A stretch of DNA of 64,000 nt from an uncultured Lichenihabitans sp. (GTDB taxonomy: Bacteria; Pseudomonadota; Alphaproteobacteria; Rhizobiales; Beijerinckiaceae), in the NCBI GenBank assembly GCA_964244255.1, contig CAXTIC010000016.1, positions 7,695 to 71,694 of the forward strand, read 5' to 3'. The position numbers were made by a program, and so were the translations under genes. Shown piece after piece: positions 9,093-19,889 of the stretch. The first letter of the stretch is position 1. Every line of letters begins with the position of its first letter. Below the pieces are notes generated by a model. It was given only the letters and a program-made list of their open reading frames with translations. It was not told the origin of the DNA and ran no database searches.

Positions 9093-9102
9093 GGAGATCG
9101 CG

Positions 9103-9192
9103 ATGATATTCGATTACGTTATCGGCGGGCTCGTGACCATCGGCCTGCTCGTCTACCTCACCTACGCCCTCGTCCGCCCAGAGCGGTTCTGA
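9103..9192 (+). CDS. kdpF: K+-transporting ATPase subunit F
   Basis: 29-aa [29 protein letters not shown] with the canonical YL.YAL.RPE.F ending. A GAGGAG SD precedes it and it lies immediately upstream of kdpA. Confidence 0.85.
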   Translation: MIFDYVIGGLVTIGLLVYLTYALVRPERF

Positions 9193-9202
9193 AAGTTTCG
9201 CC

Positions 9203-10918
9203 ATGACCGTCAACGGCTGGATCCAGATCGCGCTTTATTGCGTCGTCGTCCTCGCTCTCGTGAAACCGTTCGGGTCCTACTTGACCCGGGTGTTTTCGGG
9301 CGAGCGGACCTTCATGTCACCCGTGCTGCGCCCGATCGAGCGCGGCCTCTACGCCGCGGCGGGCATCGATGAGCGCCACGAGCAGAGCTGGATTGCCTAT
9401 CTCATCGCGATGATCTTCCTGCACGTCGGCGGGTTCCTGATCCTCTACGCGGTCCTGCGGCTCCAGGACATGCTGCCGTTCAACCCGGCCGGCCAGGGCC
9501 CGGTCGCGGCGGACCTTGCCTTCAACACATCGGTCAGTTTCATCACCAATACGAACTGGCAGAACTATGGGGGCGAGAGCACGCTTTCGTACTTGTCCCA
9601 GATGCTGGGGCTGACGAACCAGAACTTCCTCTCGGCCGCCACCGGCATCGCACTCGCGGTGGCGTTGATCCGCGGTTTCGCGCGGGCTTCGGCGCAGACC
9701 GTCGGCTCGTTCTGGGTCGACCTCACCCGCTGCACGCTCTACGTGCTGCTGCCGCTCTGCATCCCCTACACGCTGTTCCTGGTTTGGACGGGGATGCCGC
9801 AAACCTTGGGCGCCTACGTCGACGCGAACACCCTCGAGGGCGCCAAGCAGAGCATCGCGCTGGGGCCGGTGGCGAGCCAGGTCGCGATCAAGATGCTCGG
9901 CACCAACGGGGGCGGCTTCTTCAACGCCAACGCGGCGCACCCGTTCGAGAACCCGACCGCGCTCTGCAACTTCGTCCAGATGATCTCGATCTTCGCGATC
10001 GGCGCCGCGCTCACCAACGTCTTCGGGCGCATGGTGGGCGATCAGCGGCAGGGCTGGGCGCTCCTCGCCGCCATGGGCGTGCTGTTCATCGCCGGCGTCG
10101 CCGTGGTCTACGGGGCCGAGTCCTCCGGCAACCCGCTCCTTCACGCCCTCGGGCTCGAAGGGGGCAACATGGAAGGCAAGGAGGTCCGCTTCGGCATGGC
10201 CGCCTCGTCGCTGTTCGTGGTCATCACCACGTCGGCATCCTGCGGCGCCGTCAACGCCATGCACGACTCGCTGACCGCGCTTGGCGGCATGATCCCGCTC
10301 ATCAACATGCAGCTCGGCGAAGTCATCGTCGGCGGCGTCGGCGCCGGCCTCTACGGCATGCTGATCTTCGTCGTCGTGGCGATCTTCGTCGCGGGGCTGA
10401 TGGTCGGGCGCACGCCCGAATACCTCGGCAAGAAGATCGAGGCCAAGGAGGTCAAGATGGCCATGCTCGGCATCCTGATCCTGCCCTTGATGATGCTCGG
10501 CTTCACGGCCCTGGCGGTGGTGCTGCCTTCGGCGGTGTCCGCCACCAACAACCCCGGCCCGCACGGCTATTCGGAAATTCTCTACGCCTACACGTCCGCC
10601 GCAGCGAACAACGGTTCGGCCTTCGGCGGGCTGTCAGCCAACACGCTGTTCTACAACACGACGCTCGCGATCGGCATGCTCGTCGGGCGCTTCTTCGTCC
10701 ACATCCCGGCGCTGGCCATCGCGGGTTCGCTGGCGGCGAAGAAAAGGGTGCCGACCTCGGCCGGCACGTTCCCCACGCACGGCGCGCTGTTCGTCGGCCT
10801 GCTCGTCGGCGTGATCCTCATCATCGGCGGCTTGACCTTCTTCCCGGCGCTGGCGCTCGGTCCGATCGTCGAACACCTCGCCGGCGCGGCGGGCCAGACC
10901 TTCGCGTCGAGCCCCTGA
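9203..10918 (+). CDS. kdpA: K+-transporting ATPase subunit A
   Basis: 571-aa polytopic ORF with an MTVNGWIQI... start and [10 protein letters not shown] and GTNGGGFFN selectivity-filter motifs. Confidence 0.97.
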   Translation: MTVNGWIQIALYCVVVLALVKPFGSYLTRVFSGERTFMSPVLRPIERGLYAAAGIDERHEQSWIAYLIAMIFLHVGGFLILYAVLRLQDMLPFNPAGQGPVAADLAFNTSVSFITNTNWQNYGGESTLSYLSQMLGLTNQNFLSAATGIALAVALIRGFARASAQTVGSFWVDLTRCTLYVLLPLCIPYTLFLVWTGMPQTLGAYVDANTLEGAKQSIALGPVASQVAIKMLGTNGGGFFNANAAHPFENPTALCNFVQMISIFAIGAALTNVFGRMVGDQRQGWALLAAMGVLFIAGVAVVYGAESSGNPLLHALGLEGGNMEGKEVRFGMAASSLFVVITTSASCGAVNAMHDSLTALGGMIPLINMQLGEVIVGGVGAGLYGMLIFVVVAIFVAGLMVGRTPEYLGKKIEAKEVKMAMLGILILPLMMLGFTALAVVLPSAVSATNNPGPHGYSEILYAYTSAAANNGSAFGGLSANTLFYNTTLAIGMLVGRFFVHIPALAIAGSLAAKKRVPTSAGTFPTHGALFVGLLVGVILIIGGLTFFPALALGPIVEHLAGAAGQTFASSP

Positions 10919-11004
10919 CCCGGCCGTTTCCCGCCGTTGCTTCGGAGTGAGCGCCGCCGGCGCTCACTGATCCCGTCCTCTCCCGTTCGTATTCGGAGCC
11001 AGAC

Positions 11005-13116
11005 ATGGCTAAGGCTCAATCCAGCATCCTCGACACCCGCATCCTCGGTCCGGCGGTAGGGGAGGCGTTCAAAAAGCTCGATCCCCGGCTCATGATCAAG
11101 AACCCGGTCATGTTCGTGCTCGAAGTCGTGGCGACGCTGACCACGGTCCTGCTGATCCGCGACGCCGTCACGGGCGGGGCGCTTCTCGGCTTCTCGTTCC
11201 AGATCGTGCTCTGGCTGTGGTTCACCTTGTTGTTCGCGAACTTCGCCGAAGCGGTGGCCGAGGGACGCGGCAAAGCGCAGGCGGAGAGCCTGCGCCGCAC
11301 CCGCACGGAAACGCAGGCGAAGGTTCTGACCGGCCCGTCCGCGGCGATCGGCGGTCCTCGCACCGGCTTCAAGATGCTGCCCGGCGCCAACCTCAAGGTC
11401 GGCGACGTGGTGCTGGTCGAGGCCGGCGACATCATTCCGTCGGACGGCGAGGTGATCGAGGGTGTGGCGTCGGTCAACGAGGCCGCGATCACGGGTGAGA
11501 GCGCGCCGGTGATCCGCGAGTCGGGCGGCGACCGTTCGGCCGTGACGGGCGGCACACAGGTCCTGTCGGATTGGTTCCGCGTGCGCATCACGGCGGCCGC
11601 GGGCTCGACCTTCATCGACCGCATGATCGCCCTCGTGGAGGGCGCCGAACGGCAGAAGACGCCGAACGAGATCGCGCTGAACATCCTGCTCGCCGGGCTG
11701 ACCATCATCTTCGTGTTCGCGGTGGCCTCGATCCCGAGCTTCGCCGCCTACGCGGGCGGCTCGATCTCGATCATCGTTCTGGTCGCGCTTTTCGTCACCC
11801 TGATCCCGACGACCATCGGGGCGCTGCTCTCGGCCATCGGCATCGCCGGCATGGACCGGCTGGTGCGCTTCAACGTGCTGGCGATGTCGGGCCGCGCCGT
11901 GGAGGCGGCGGGCGACGTCGACACGCTGCTGCTGGACAAGACGGGCACCATCACGCTCGGCAACCGTCAAGCGACGGAGTTCCGGCCCGTGCGCGGCGTG
12001 TCGGAGCAGGAGCTCGCGGACGCGGCCCAGCTCGCCTCGCTGGCCGACGAAACGCCGGAAGGGCGTTCCATCGTGGTCCTGGCCAAGGAGAAATACGGCA
12101 TCCGTGCCCGCGACATGGTGAGCCTGGCGGCGACGTTCGTGCCGTTCACGGCGCAATCGCGCATGAGCGGCGTCGATGTCGAGGGGTCCTCGATCCGCAA
12201 GGGCGCGGTCGACTCCATCCTGGCCCACGTTCAGGCCGCCCCCGCGGCGGCGATGCGCGGCGGCCCGGCGGTCGCCCTGAAGTCCTCCGCGGCCGGGGAC
12301 TCGGTCCGTGAGATCCAGACCATCGGCGAGGCGATCGGCAAAGCGGGCGGGACGCCGCTCGCGGTGGCCCGCGACGGTCGCCTGCTCGGCGTCATCTACC
12401 TCAAGGACATCGTCAAGGGCGGCATCCGTGAGCGCTTCGGCGAATTGCGCCGCATGGGCATCCGCACCGTCATGATCACCGGCGACAACCCGATGACCGC
12501 GGCCGCGATCGCGGCCGAGGCGGGGGTCGACGACTTCCTCGCTCAAGCGACCCCGGAGGACAAGCTCGCGCTGATCCGCGCCGAACAGGCGAAGGGCAAG
12601 CTCGTCGCCATGTGCGGCGACGGCACGAACGACGCGCCGGCCCTCGCCCAGGCCGACGTCGGCGTGGCCATGAACACCGGCACGGTGGCGGCGCGCGAGG
12701 CCGGCAACATGGTCGACCTCGACTCGGACCCGACGAAGCTCATCGAGATCGTGGAAATCGGGAAGCAGTTGCTGATGACGCGCGGCGCCCTCACCACCTT
12801 CTCGATCGCCAACGACGTGGCCAAATATTTCGCGATCATCCCAGCCATGTTCGTCGCCTTCTACCCACAGCTGCAGGCGCTCAACGTCATGCGCCTCGCC
12901 TCGCCGCAGAGCGCGATCCTGTCCGCGATCATCTTCAACGCGCTCATCATCATCGCCTTGATCCCGCTCGCCTTGAAGGGGGTCAAGTTCCGGGCCATCG
13001 GCGCCGGTCCGCTGTTGACCCGCAACCTGCTCATCTACGGCCTCGGCGGCATCATCGTGCCCTTCATCGGCATCAAGGCCATCGACCTCGTCGTTTCGAC
13101 GCTTCACCTCGCCTGA
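11005..13116 (+). CDS. kdpB: K+-transporting P-type ATPase subunit B
   Basis: 703 aa with the DKTGTIT phosphorylation motif, TGDN and [10 protein letters not shown]. Confidence 0.97.
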   Translation: MAKAQSSILDTRILGPAVGEAFKKLDPRLMIKNPVMFVLEVVATLTTVLLIRDAVTGGALLGFSFQIVLWLWFTLLFANFAEAVAEGRGKAQAESLRRTRTETQAKVLTGPSAAIGGPRTGFKMLPGANLKVGDVVLVEAGDIIPSDGEVIEGVASVNEAAITGESAPVIRESGGDRSAVTGGTQVLSDWFRVRITAAAGSTFIDRMIALVEGAERQKTPNEIALNILLAGLTIIFVFAVASIPSFAAYAGGSISIIVLVALFVTLIPTTIGALLSAIGIAGMDRLVRFNVLAMSGRAVEAAGDVDTLLLDKTGTITLGNRQATEFRPVRGVSEQELADAAQLASLADETPEGRSIVVLAKEKYGIRARDMVSLAATFVPFTAQSRMSGVDVEGSSIRKGAVDSILAHVQAAPAAAMRGGPAVALKSSAAGDSVREIQTIGEAIGKAGGTPLAVARDGRLLGVIYLKDIVKGGIRERFGELRRMGIRTVMITGDNPMTAAAIAAEAGVDDFLAQATPEDKLALIRAEQAKGKLVAMCGDGTNDAPALAQADVGVAMNTGTVAAREAGNMVDLDSDPTKLIEIVEIGKQLLMTRGALTTFSIANDVAKYFAIIPAMFVAFYPQLQALNVMRLASPQSAILSAIIFNALIIIALIPLALKGVKFRAIGAGPLLTRNLLIYGLGGIIVPFIGIKAIDLVVSTLHLA

Positions 13117-13129
13117 TCGGACCCGTCCC

Positions 13130-13738
13130 ATGCTCGGCCACCTTCGCCCCGCCCTCGTCCTCCTGATCGCGTTGACGCTGATCACGGGCGTCGTCTACCC
13201 GCTCGCCATGACCGGCATCGCCGGCGTGCTGTTTCCCCGCCAGGCGCAGGGAAGCCTGGTTCTGAACAAGGATGGGCAGCCCATCGGCTCGGAGCTCATC
13301 GGACAGGTTTTCACGGGGGACCGCTACTTCCACGGTCGTCCGTCGGCTACGTCCGGCACCGACCCGAACGACGCGACGAAGACGGTGTCGGCGCCGTATA
13401 ACGCCGCGAATTCGGGCGGCTCCAACCTGGGGCCGACCAACGCCGCGCTCATCGACCGGATCAAGGGCGACATTGCCAAGCTGAAGGCCGAAAATCCAGG
13501 CGCGCCCGTCCCCCAGGATCTCGTGACGACATCCGCGTCGGGCCTCGACCCGCACATTTCTCCCGAGGCCGCCCTATTCCAGGTGCCGCGCGTCGCGAAA
13601 GCGCGTAACCTCCCGGCGGAGCGCGTGCAGTCCCTCGTCGACGACCATGTCGAAGGCCGCACGCTCGGGCTGTTCGGGGAACCGCGCGTCAACGTCCTGG
13701 CACTCAACCTCGCGCTCGACGCGCTCGGGGCGAAGTAG
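13130..13738 (+). CDS. kdpC: K+-transporting ATPase subunit C
   Basis: 202 aa with an N-terminal TM helix and SGLDPHISP and NVLALNLAL motifs. Confidence 0.95.
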   Translation: MLGHLRPALVLLIALTLITGVVYPLAMTGIAGVLFPRQAQGSLVLNKDGQPIGSELIGQVFTGDRYFHGRPSATSGTDPNDATKTVSAPYNAANSGGSNLGPTNAALIDRIKGDIAKLKAENPGAPVPQDLVTTSASGLDPHISPEAALFQVPRVAKARNLPAERVQSLVDDHVEGRTLGLFGEPRVNVLALNLALDALGAK

Positions 13739-13794
13739 CGGCCGGGTAGCCGCATCGGCGGCCCGCGGATGGTCCGGCCGTTGAAAGGTGACCC

Positions 13795-16518
13795 ATGGCC
13801 GACAACCGGCGCGATCGCGAGAAACGACCGTCGCCGGACGCCCTGCTGGCCGAGGTCGAGCGCGAGGGGGGCCATCGCGGCCGCCTCAAGATCTTCCTCG
13901 GCGCCGCGCCGGGGGTCGGCAAAACCTACGAGATGCTGACCACGGCGCGCGCCAAGTCGCGCGAGGGGATCGATGTCGTGGTGGGCGTGGTGGAAACGCA
14001 CGGACGCGCGGAAACGGATGCGCTCGTCGAGGGGCTGGAAGTGCTTCCCCGACGCCGGGTCGCCTACAAGGGCAGCACGCTCGCCGAGATGGACCTCGAC
14101 GCGCTGATCGCCAGGCATCCCCGCATCGCGCTCGTCGACGAACTCGCGCACACCAACGCGCCAGGCAGTCGCCACCCAAAGCGCTATGGGGACGTCGAGG
14201 AACTGCTCGGCCACGGCATCGACGTCTACACCACGTTGAACATCCAGCACGTCGAAAGCTTGAACGACGTCGTCGCGCAGATCACACGCGTGCGCGTGCG
14301 CGAGACCGTGCCGGATTCGATCCTCGACCGGGCCGACGACATCGAGGTCATCGACATCGCGCCCGACGACCTCCTTCAGCGCCTGAAAGAGGGCAAGGTC
14401 TACGTGCCCCACCAGGCCCAGCGTGCCCTGGGGCATTTCTTCTCGCAGGGCAACCTGACGGCGTTGCGCGAACTGGCCCTGCGCCGCACGGCGCAACGCG
14501 TCGACGACCAGCTCCTCACCCACATGCAGGCCCATGCCATCGCGGGGCCTTGGGCGGCGGGCGAGCGGGTGATCGTCTGCATCGGCGAGGACCCGCGCTG
14601 TGCGGGCCTGGTGCGCTACGCCAAGCGCCTCGCCGACCGCCTGCACGCCCCCTGGATCGCGCTGTCGATCGAGGGGCGTCGAAGCCTGCAGATGTCGGAC
14701 GTGGCGCGGGACCGCATCGCCGACACGCTGCGCCTCGCCGACCGTCTCGGCGGCGAGGCGGTCACCGTCCCGGCCGCCAGCCGGCGCATCGCCGACGACA
14801 TCATCGCCTACGCCCGCGAGAACAACGCCACGCAGATCGTCACCGGCAAGTCCGATCGCTCGCAGCTGTTCGAGGTGGTGCACGGGTCGGTGGTGCACGA
14901 CCTCGTGCGCCGGTCCGGCAACATCACCGTCCACGTCATCGCGGGCGACGCGGTCGAGGGCGCCGAGCCCGTGCCGAAGAAAACGGTCCGGGCGGCGCCG
15001 GACGGACGCCCCGTCGACGCCGTGCCCTATGTCGCCGCCGCCGTGGCGGTCGCCATCGCGCTCGGCGTCGCCCAAGTGGTGCAGCGGTTCTTCGCCGTAC
15101 AAACCGTCGAGGTCGTGTTCCTGACAGCGGTGGTGGCGGTGGCGGTCCGCTTCGGACTCTACCCATCGCTGGCCGCCGTGGTCGCCAGCTCGCTCTGCTT
15201 CAACTTCTTTTTCCTGCCGCCCCTCTACGCCTTCACGATCGCGGATCCGAGCAACATCACGGCCCTGTTCTTCTTCACGGTGGTGGCGGTGCTCGTGTCG
15301 AACCTCGCCTCCCGGACCCGCATCGAGGCCGTCATCGCCCAGGGACGCGCCCGCGCCACGGAGGCGCTCTACGGGTTCAGCCGCAAGCTCGCCAGCTGCC
15401 GCAGCCTCGACGATGTGCTTTGGGCGACCGTCTTCCAGATCGCCTCGATGTTGAAGCTGCGGGCCGTGCTCCTGTTGCCGGACGCGGGCCGCATCGCGGT
15501 GAAAGCCGGCTATCCGCCCGAGGACACGCTCGATGACGCCGACATCGCGGCCGCCAAATGGGCCTTCGACAACAATCGCCCGGCTGGCCGCGGCGCCGAC
15601 ACGCTGCCCGGGGCCAAGCGCCTGTTCCTGCCGATGCGCACGGGACGCGGCACGATCGGCATCGTCGGCATCGACGGCGACAAGCCGGGGCCGCTGCTCA
15701 CCCCCGAAAACCGGAGGCTGCTCGATGCGCTCTCCGACCAGGGCGCGCTCGCGATCGAGCGCGTCCGCCTCGTCGAGGACCTCGACGACGCGGCGCGGGC
15801 GGCCGAAACCGACCGGCTGCGGCAGGCGCTGTTGACCTCCATCTCGCACGATCTCAAGACGCCGCTCGCTTCCGTGCTCGGCGCCGCCACCACGCTACGC
15901 GACATCGGGGGCTCACTCGACGCCGCCGAAAGCGCGGAACTGCTCGGGACCGTGATCGAGGAGGCCGAGCGGCTCAACCGCTTCATCGCCAACCTGCTCG
16001 ACATGACGCGGCTCGAAGCGGGCGCCGTCGTGCCATCGCTCGGCCCCCAGGATGTCGGCGAGATCGTCGGGACGACGCTCCGCCGCGTCGCGCCGATGCT
16101 CGGCACGCGCCGGATCGAACTCGCCATCGACCCCGAACTGCCTCCCGCCGCGGTCGACGCCGTGCTCCTGGAACAGGCCGTGTTCAACGTTCTCGACAAC
16201 GCCGCCAAATACACCCCGGAGGGGACCACGATCCGCGTCGAAGGATGGAGGGATCGCGACGTCATCACCCTCGGCATCCTCGACGAGGGTGAGGGCGTGC
16301 CGGCGGAAGACATCGAGCGCGTGTTCGACAAGTTCCATCGCGCCCGCAAGGGCGACCACGTCCGCGCCGGTACCGGCCTCGGTTTGGCCATCGCGCGGGG
16401 GTTCCTCGAGGCCATGGGGGGCACCATCACGGTCGCCGACCGCCCCGACCGAAGGGGCGCCGCCTTCACCCTGACCCTGCCGATCGCCGGCGAAAAACCG
16501 GCCCGGAGCGCCGCATGA
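13795..16518 (+). CDS. kdpD: osmosensitive K+ channel sensor histidine kinase KdpD
   Basis: 907 aa. The N-terminal KdpD domain carries the P-loop GAAPGVGKT, followed by Usp, four TM helices, GAF, an H-box SISHDLKTPL and an HATPase domain. Confidence 0.95.
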   Translation: MADNRRDREKRPSPDALLAEVEREGGHRGRLKIFLGAAPGVGKTYEMLTTARAKSREGIDVVVGVVETHGRAETDALVEGLEVLPRRRVAYKGSTLAEMDLDALIARHPRIALVDELAHTNAPGSRHPKRYGDVEELLGHGIDVYTTLNIQHVESLNDVVAQITRVRVRETVPDSILDRADDIEVIDIAPDDLLQRLKEGKVYVPHQAQRALGHFFSQGNLTALRELALRRTAQRVDDQLLTHMQAHAIAGPWAAGERVIVCIGEDPRCAGLVRYAKRLADRLHAPWIALSIEGRRSLQMSDVARDRIADTLRLADRLGGEAVTVPAASRRIADDIIAYARENNATQIVTGKSDRSQLFEVVHGSVVHDLVRRSGNITVHVIAGDAVEGAEPVPKKTVRAAPDGRPVDAVPYVAAAVAVAIALGVAQVVQRFFAVQTVEVVFLTAVVAVAVRFGLYPSLAAVVASSLCFNFFFLPPLYAFTIADPSNITALFFFTVVAVLVSNLASRTRIEAVIAQGRARATEALYGFSRKLASCRSLDDVLWATVFQIASMLKLRAVLLLPDAGRIAVKAGYPPEDTLDDADIAAAKWAFDNNRPAGRGADTLPGAKRLFLPMRTGRGTIGIVGIDGDKPGPLLTPENRRLLDALSDQGALAIERVRLVEDLDDAARAAETDRLRQALLTSISHDLKTPLASVLGAATTLRDIGGSLDAAESAELLGTVIEEAERLNRFIANLLDMTRLEAGAVVPSLGPQDVGEIVGTTLRRVAPMLGTRRIELAIDPELPPAAVDAVLLEQAVFNVLDNAAKYTPEGTTIRVEGWRDRDVITLGILDEGEGVPAEDIERVFDKFHRARKGDHVRAGTGLGLAIARGFLEAMGGTITVADRPDRRGAAFTLTLPIAGEKPARSAA

Positions 16519-17207
16519 GCGCCAACCCGATCCGCATCCTGGTCGTCGACGACGAGCCGCCGATCCGCAGGCTGCTGCGCACCGGCCTCACGGCGCAGGG
16601 CTTCCAGGTGTTGGAGGCGCCCGACGGCCACGCCGCGCTCGACCTGTTCGACCGCGAAAAGGTGGACCTCGTCATCCTCGACCTCGGTCTTCCCGACATC
16701 GGCGGCCACGATCTTCTGCGCAGCCTGCGGCAGCGGAACGCCGCCGTTCCCATCGTCGTCCTGTCGAGCCGCGGCGACGAAACCGGGAAGGTCGAGGCGC
16801 TCGACGGCGGCGCCGACGATTACGTGACGAAGCCCTTCGGAATGAACGAGCTTCTGGCGCGGCTGCGGACCGCGTTGCGCCATCAGTTGGCCGTCGCGGG
16901 CGAGACGCCGGTGTTCCGCGTCGACGACCTGTCGGTCGACCTCGTGCGACGCCTCGTCAAGGTCGGCGACCGCGACGTCAAGCTTTCGCCGAAGGAATAC
17001 GATGTCCTGCGCGAACTGGTGCACCACGCCGGCAAGGTCCTCACGCACGCCCACCTCCTGCGCACCGTGTGGGGATCGGCGGCGGACCCGCAACACCTGC
17101 GCGTCTACATCCGCCAGATCCGGCAGAAGCTGGAGCCCGACCCCGAGCGGCCCCATTTCATCCTCACGGAGACCGGCGTCGGCTACCGGCTCCGGGCGCC
17201 CGCCTGA
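16515..17207 (+). CDS. kdpE: response regulator KdpE
   Basis: ATGA overlap with kdpD. It is an OmpR-family receiver plus winged helix (ILVVDDE...LVILDLGLPD...TETGVGYR). Confidence 0.95.
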   Translation: MSANPIRILVVDDEPPIRRLLRTGLTAQGFQVLEAPDGHAALDLFDREKVDLVILDLGLPDIGGHDLLRSLRQRNAAVPIVVLSSRGDETGKVEALDGGADDYVTKPFGMNELLARLRTALRHQLAVAGETPVFRVDDLSVDLVRRLVKVGDRDVKLSPKEYDVLRELVHHAGKVLTHAHLLRTVWGSAADPQHLRVYIRQIRQKLEPDPERPHFILTETGVGYRLRAPA

Positions 17208-17246
17208 CCCGCGTTCCCGGTCGCAACGGTTGACTGAACGACTGCC

Positions 17247-17711
17247 ATGCTGATCTCCGACCTCCTCGCCCCGGCCGACGTGCTGTTCGACCTCCGCGCG
17301 CGCGACAAAGACCGCGTCCTGCAGGCGATGGCGCGCCGCGCCGCGGACGCGCTCGGGATCGACGGCGACACCGTGATCGACGCGCTGCGACGGCGCGAGG
17401 CCTTGGGCTCGACCGGCATCGGCGGGGGCATCGCCCTGCCGCACGCCCGCCTTTCCGCCGTGACCGCGCCGTATGGCGTGCTGGCGCGCCTGCGCACCCC
17501 CATCGCGTTCGAGTCCGTGGACGATCGCCCCGTCGACCTCGTGTTCCTGCTGCTGCTGCCGGTCGACCCGCTGGCCGAACCCGTGAACGCCCTTGCCTGC
17601 GCGGCACGCCGGCTGCGCGATCGCGACGTGGTCGCGAACCTTCGCCGAGCGGCGTCCGCCGCCGACCTGTATCCGGCGATCGCCGGCGCGGCGGGCGTGG
17701 CGGTCCCATAA
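17247..17711 (+). CDS. ptsN: PTS EIIA-Ntr (PtsN) family protein
   Basis: 154 aa with GSTGIGGGIALPHARL carrying the phosphorylatable His. It has an EIIA-fructose/Ntr fold signature and starts 40 nt after kdpE. Confidence 0.8.
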   Translation: MLISDLLAPADVLFDLRARDKDRVLQAMARRAADALGIDGDTVIDALRRREALGSTGIGGGIALPHARLSAVTAPYGVLARLRTPIAFESVDDRPVDLVFLLLLPVDPLAEPVNALACAARRLRDRDVVANLRRAASAADLYPAIAGAAGVAVP

Positions 17712-17850
17712 GGGCGCCGAACCCGGCATCGTCGACGCCGCGCCCGGGTCGGGACCTCGAGCGGAACCTTGCCGGCGCATGACGCGGTCCGCCCTCCGAC
17801 CCCGCGGGGCGCTACACCTCAGCTGCAAGTCCTGGTGGCCGTTTGCGAGG

Positions 17851-18252
17851 TCAAGCGGCACCGCCCTTGTCGATGGCGCCGATCAGGTCGGCAAGCGCGG
17901 ATGCGCAACCCGACGCCTGTGGCTTGGGAGAACGCAACTGCCCGAGCACGCGGTCGATCGCCTTGTCGACGACCCGCCATCGGGCCGGATCGTTCGGCTT
18001 CATCGTGTCCTCGGCCTTGTCCCAGGCCGTCTCGAGGTCGGTGCCGCGCCTCTGAGCGCCCGCGATGTCACCCTTGTTGACCAGCGCCAGGGTGTCCGCG
18101 GCGATGGTCTTGTAGGAGGAAAGGTCGCCCAGTCCGATGGCGGCGACGTGCGCCGATGATGCCCGGACCGAGGACGCGGCAGCCAACGGCTGCCCCGTGG
18201 CTGGGATGAGGAGCAGGGACACGACCGCAAGGGTGTTCGACAAGGTCTTCAT
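17851..18252 (-). CDS. hypothetical secreted helical protein
   Basis: ORF 17851..18336 trimmed to MKTLSNTLAVVSLLLIPATGQPLAA (signal peptide). The mature part is about 110 aa and helical. No family recognised. Confidence 0.55.
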   Translation of the reverse strand: MKTLSNTLAVVSLLLIPATGQPLAAASSVRASSAHVAAIGLGDLSSYKTIAADTLALVNKGDIAGAQRRGTDLETAWDKAEDTMKPNDPARWRVVDKAIDRVLGQLRSPKPQASGCASALADLIGAIDKGGAA

Positions 18253-18359
18253 GAAGGAGTCCTCCGCAACGAAGCGCGGTCTATCGGCCGCACGGCGGTA
18301 GCTAGCGGCCGCGAATGAGCCCAGACTTATGGTCAATCCTTTTTCGGCTTCATGCTGGG

Positions 18360-18691
18360 ACGGTTGCCTTCCGCCGAGACGCTCTCCGCCTTGAGGTCGA
18401 TACCCGCATCGCCTGTAACAGCTGCCGCAACCGGCACTGCCCCAAGTTCCAGGGGGCGGCGGCCCGCGAGTGGCTGGCTGCGCGTGAGGCCGACCTGCCG
18501 CCGGTCGGCTACTTCCCCGTGGTCTTCACCCAGCCGGCCGAGGTTGCCGACACCGCTTTCCACAACAAGGCGTGGCGTACGACCTGCTGTTCCGGACGGC
18601 GTCGGAGACCATGCTCACCATCGCGGCCGAGTCCAAGCATCTCGGCGCCAAGATCGGCATCATCGCCGTGCTCCACACCGACCCCGCGTGA
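18360..18691 (+). pseudogene. IS91-family (Y2/HUH) transposase N-terminal fragment, frameshifted and truncated
   Basis: One frame reads CNSCRNRHCPKFQ...WLAAREADLPPVGYFPVVFTQPAEVA..FHNKA. A second frame continues AYDLLFRTASETMLTIAAESKHLGAKIGIIAVLHTDPA*. Both match the conserved N-terminal third of IS91 transposases, and the rest of the gene is missing. Confidence 0.7.
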
Positions 18692-18693
18692 GA

Positions 18694-19875
18694 TCATGCG
18701 GAGCCCCGACAGGCCTCCGACACCCAGTCTAGCCGTGCCTTCGGGATCAGGCCGTAGTTGTAGAAGTTGATGCTGTCGACGCCGGCCCGGCGGGCGGCGG
18801 CGGCGCGAGCCGCAAGGTCTGCCGCGCCCGTCATCTCGGGGTAGAAAACCCTGAAGGCCGTGCCGAGGATCTTGTCAGGACCCAGGGCGGCCCGGCCAGA
18901 GCGGACGAGGCCGGCGACCTGATCGGGCCTCATGTCGTAGGCGCACAGGATAATCCCATCCAGGGCTTTCGCGGCGGCCACGATGTCACAGCCACCCAGC
19001 CAGCCATCCTTGAGGTCGATGAGGACGAGCTTGGTCGCGGGATCCGTCTCTTCGCGCATGGCCTGCAGTAAGGTCGTGACCGGCTCGAAGCGCCAGCGGA
19101 CGTATTCGTGCACCTCGGGATGGCGCGCGAAGACATCGAGGGCGCTTTCGGGAAAGTCGGGCCAGCGCGGCGCCGGAACGGCCCGTTCGCAGGCCTCCGC
19201 GATCCAGCGCCGCACGGTGACGCGTGCCTTCTCCCCATCCACTCCGGCCTTGGCGGCGCGCGCGAGGCAAGCCGGGCAGAAGCACAGCGAAAGCAGGAAA
19301 TCGTCCTCGGCCAGCAGGCCGACGCCGTCCTTCTCGTGATGGAACCCATGCGCGAAGCCCATGAAAGAGGGGCTTTCGAGCTCGATGACATCGGGCCTGT
19401 AGGTGGCGCTGAGGTCGGCGACCAGCGCCGTCACATAGGCACGCGCGTCGGGATGGGACGGGCAGAGGCTGAAATAGTTCGGATCACCGAAGGCGTTCCG
19501 GGTGACGGCTTCGGGATGCAGGAGGCCGAGCCGCGTGTTGTGCAGACACACGGTCCAGGCTGCGACGCGAAGGTCGCCCGCGTCGCGTCGGCGGACGAGG
19601 TCGCCCAGCACGTCCCCGCCCTCGCGTATCACCGGCGCGACGCTTGGCTTGATCCGTGACCCCGCCCAGCGGTCGGGGGTCGGCTCGAAATAGATCGTGC
19701 CGTCCTCCGGGTAGTAGGATTTGCGAACCGGGCTGCGCGGCTGCAGGAAACGGCCGGCATGGTAGGAGCTCGCCAGGCTGATGGTGTCGAGTCCCGCCTC
19801 CCGCAGTTCGGCCACGACCCGATCGGCCGAGAGGTCCTGGACGTCCCACGGATAGACCCACATCGAAGCGTGCAT
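18694..19875 (-). CDS. hypothetical protein, possibly a glycoside-hydrolase-like TIM barrel
   Basis: Composite ORF 18694..20952 trimmed to ATG 19875 (MHASMWVYPWDV), which is preceded by AGGAGG. It is 393 aa. Alternating hydrophobic strand/helix periodicity and a Cys cluster (LCFCPAC) are visible. Family not confidently recognised. Confidence 0.7.
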   Translation of the reverse strand: MHASMWVYPWDVQDLSADRVVAELREAGLDTISLASSYHAGRFLQPRSPVRKSYYPEDGTIYFEPTPDRWAGSRIKPSVAPVIREGGDVLGDLVRRRDAGDLRVAAWTVCLHNTRLGLLHPEAVTRNAFGDPNYFSLCPSHPDARAYVTALVADLSATYRPDVIELESPSFMGFAHGFHHEKDGVGLLAEDDFLLSLCFCPACLARAAKAGVDGEKARVTVRRWIAEACERAVPAPRWPDFPESALDVFARHPEVHEYVRWRFEPVTTLLQAMREETDPATKLVLIDLKDGWLGGCDIVAAAKALDGIILCAYDMRPDQVAGLVRSGRAALGPDKILGTAFRVFYPEMTGAADLAARAAAARRAGVDSINFYNYGLIPKARLDWVSEACRGSA

Positions 19876-19889
19876 TGGCGTTGCCTCCT

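Noticed and set aside
10651-17861. Three very long minus-strand ORFs (10651..13185, 13324..15849, 15510..17861)
   Set aside because: They are antisense to kdpB, kdpC/kdpD and kdpD/kdpE/ptsN, which all carry canonical motifs. They are GC-driven stop-free frames.
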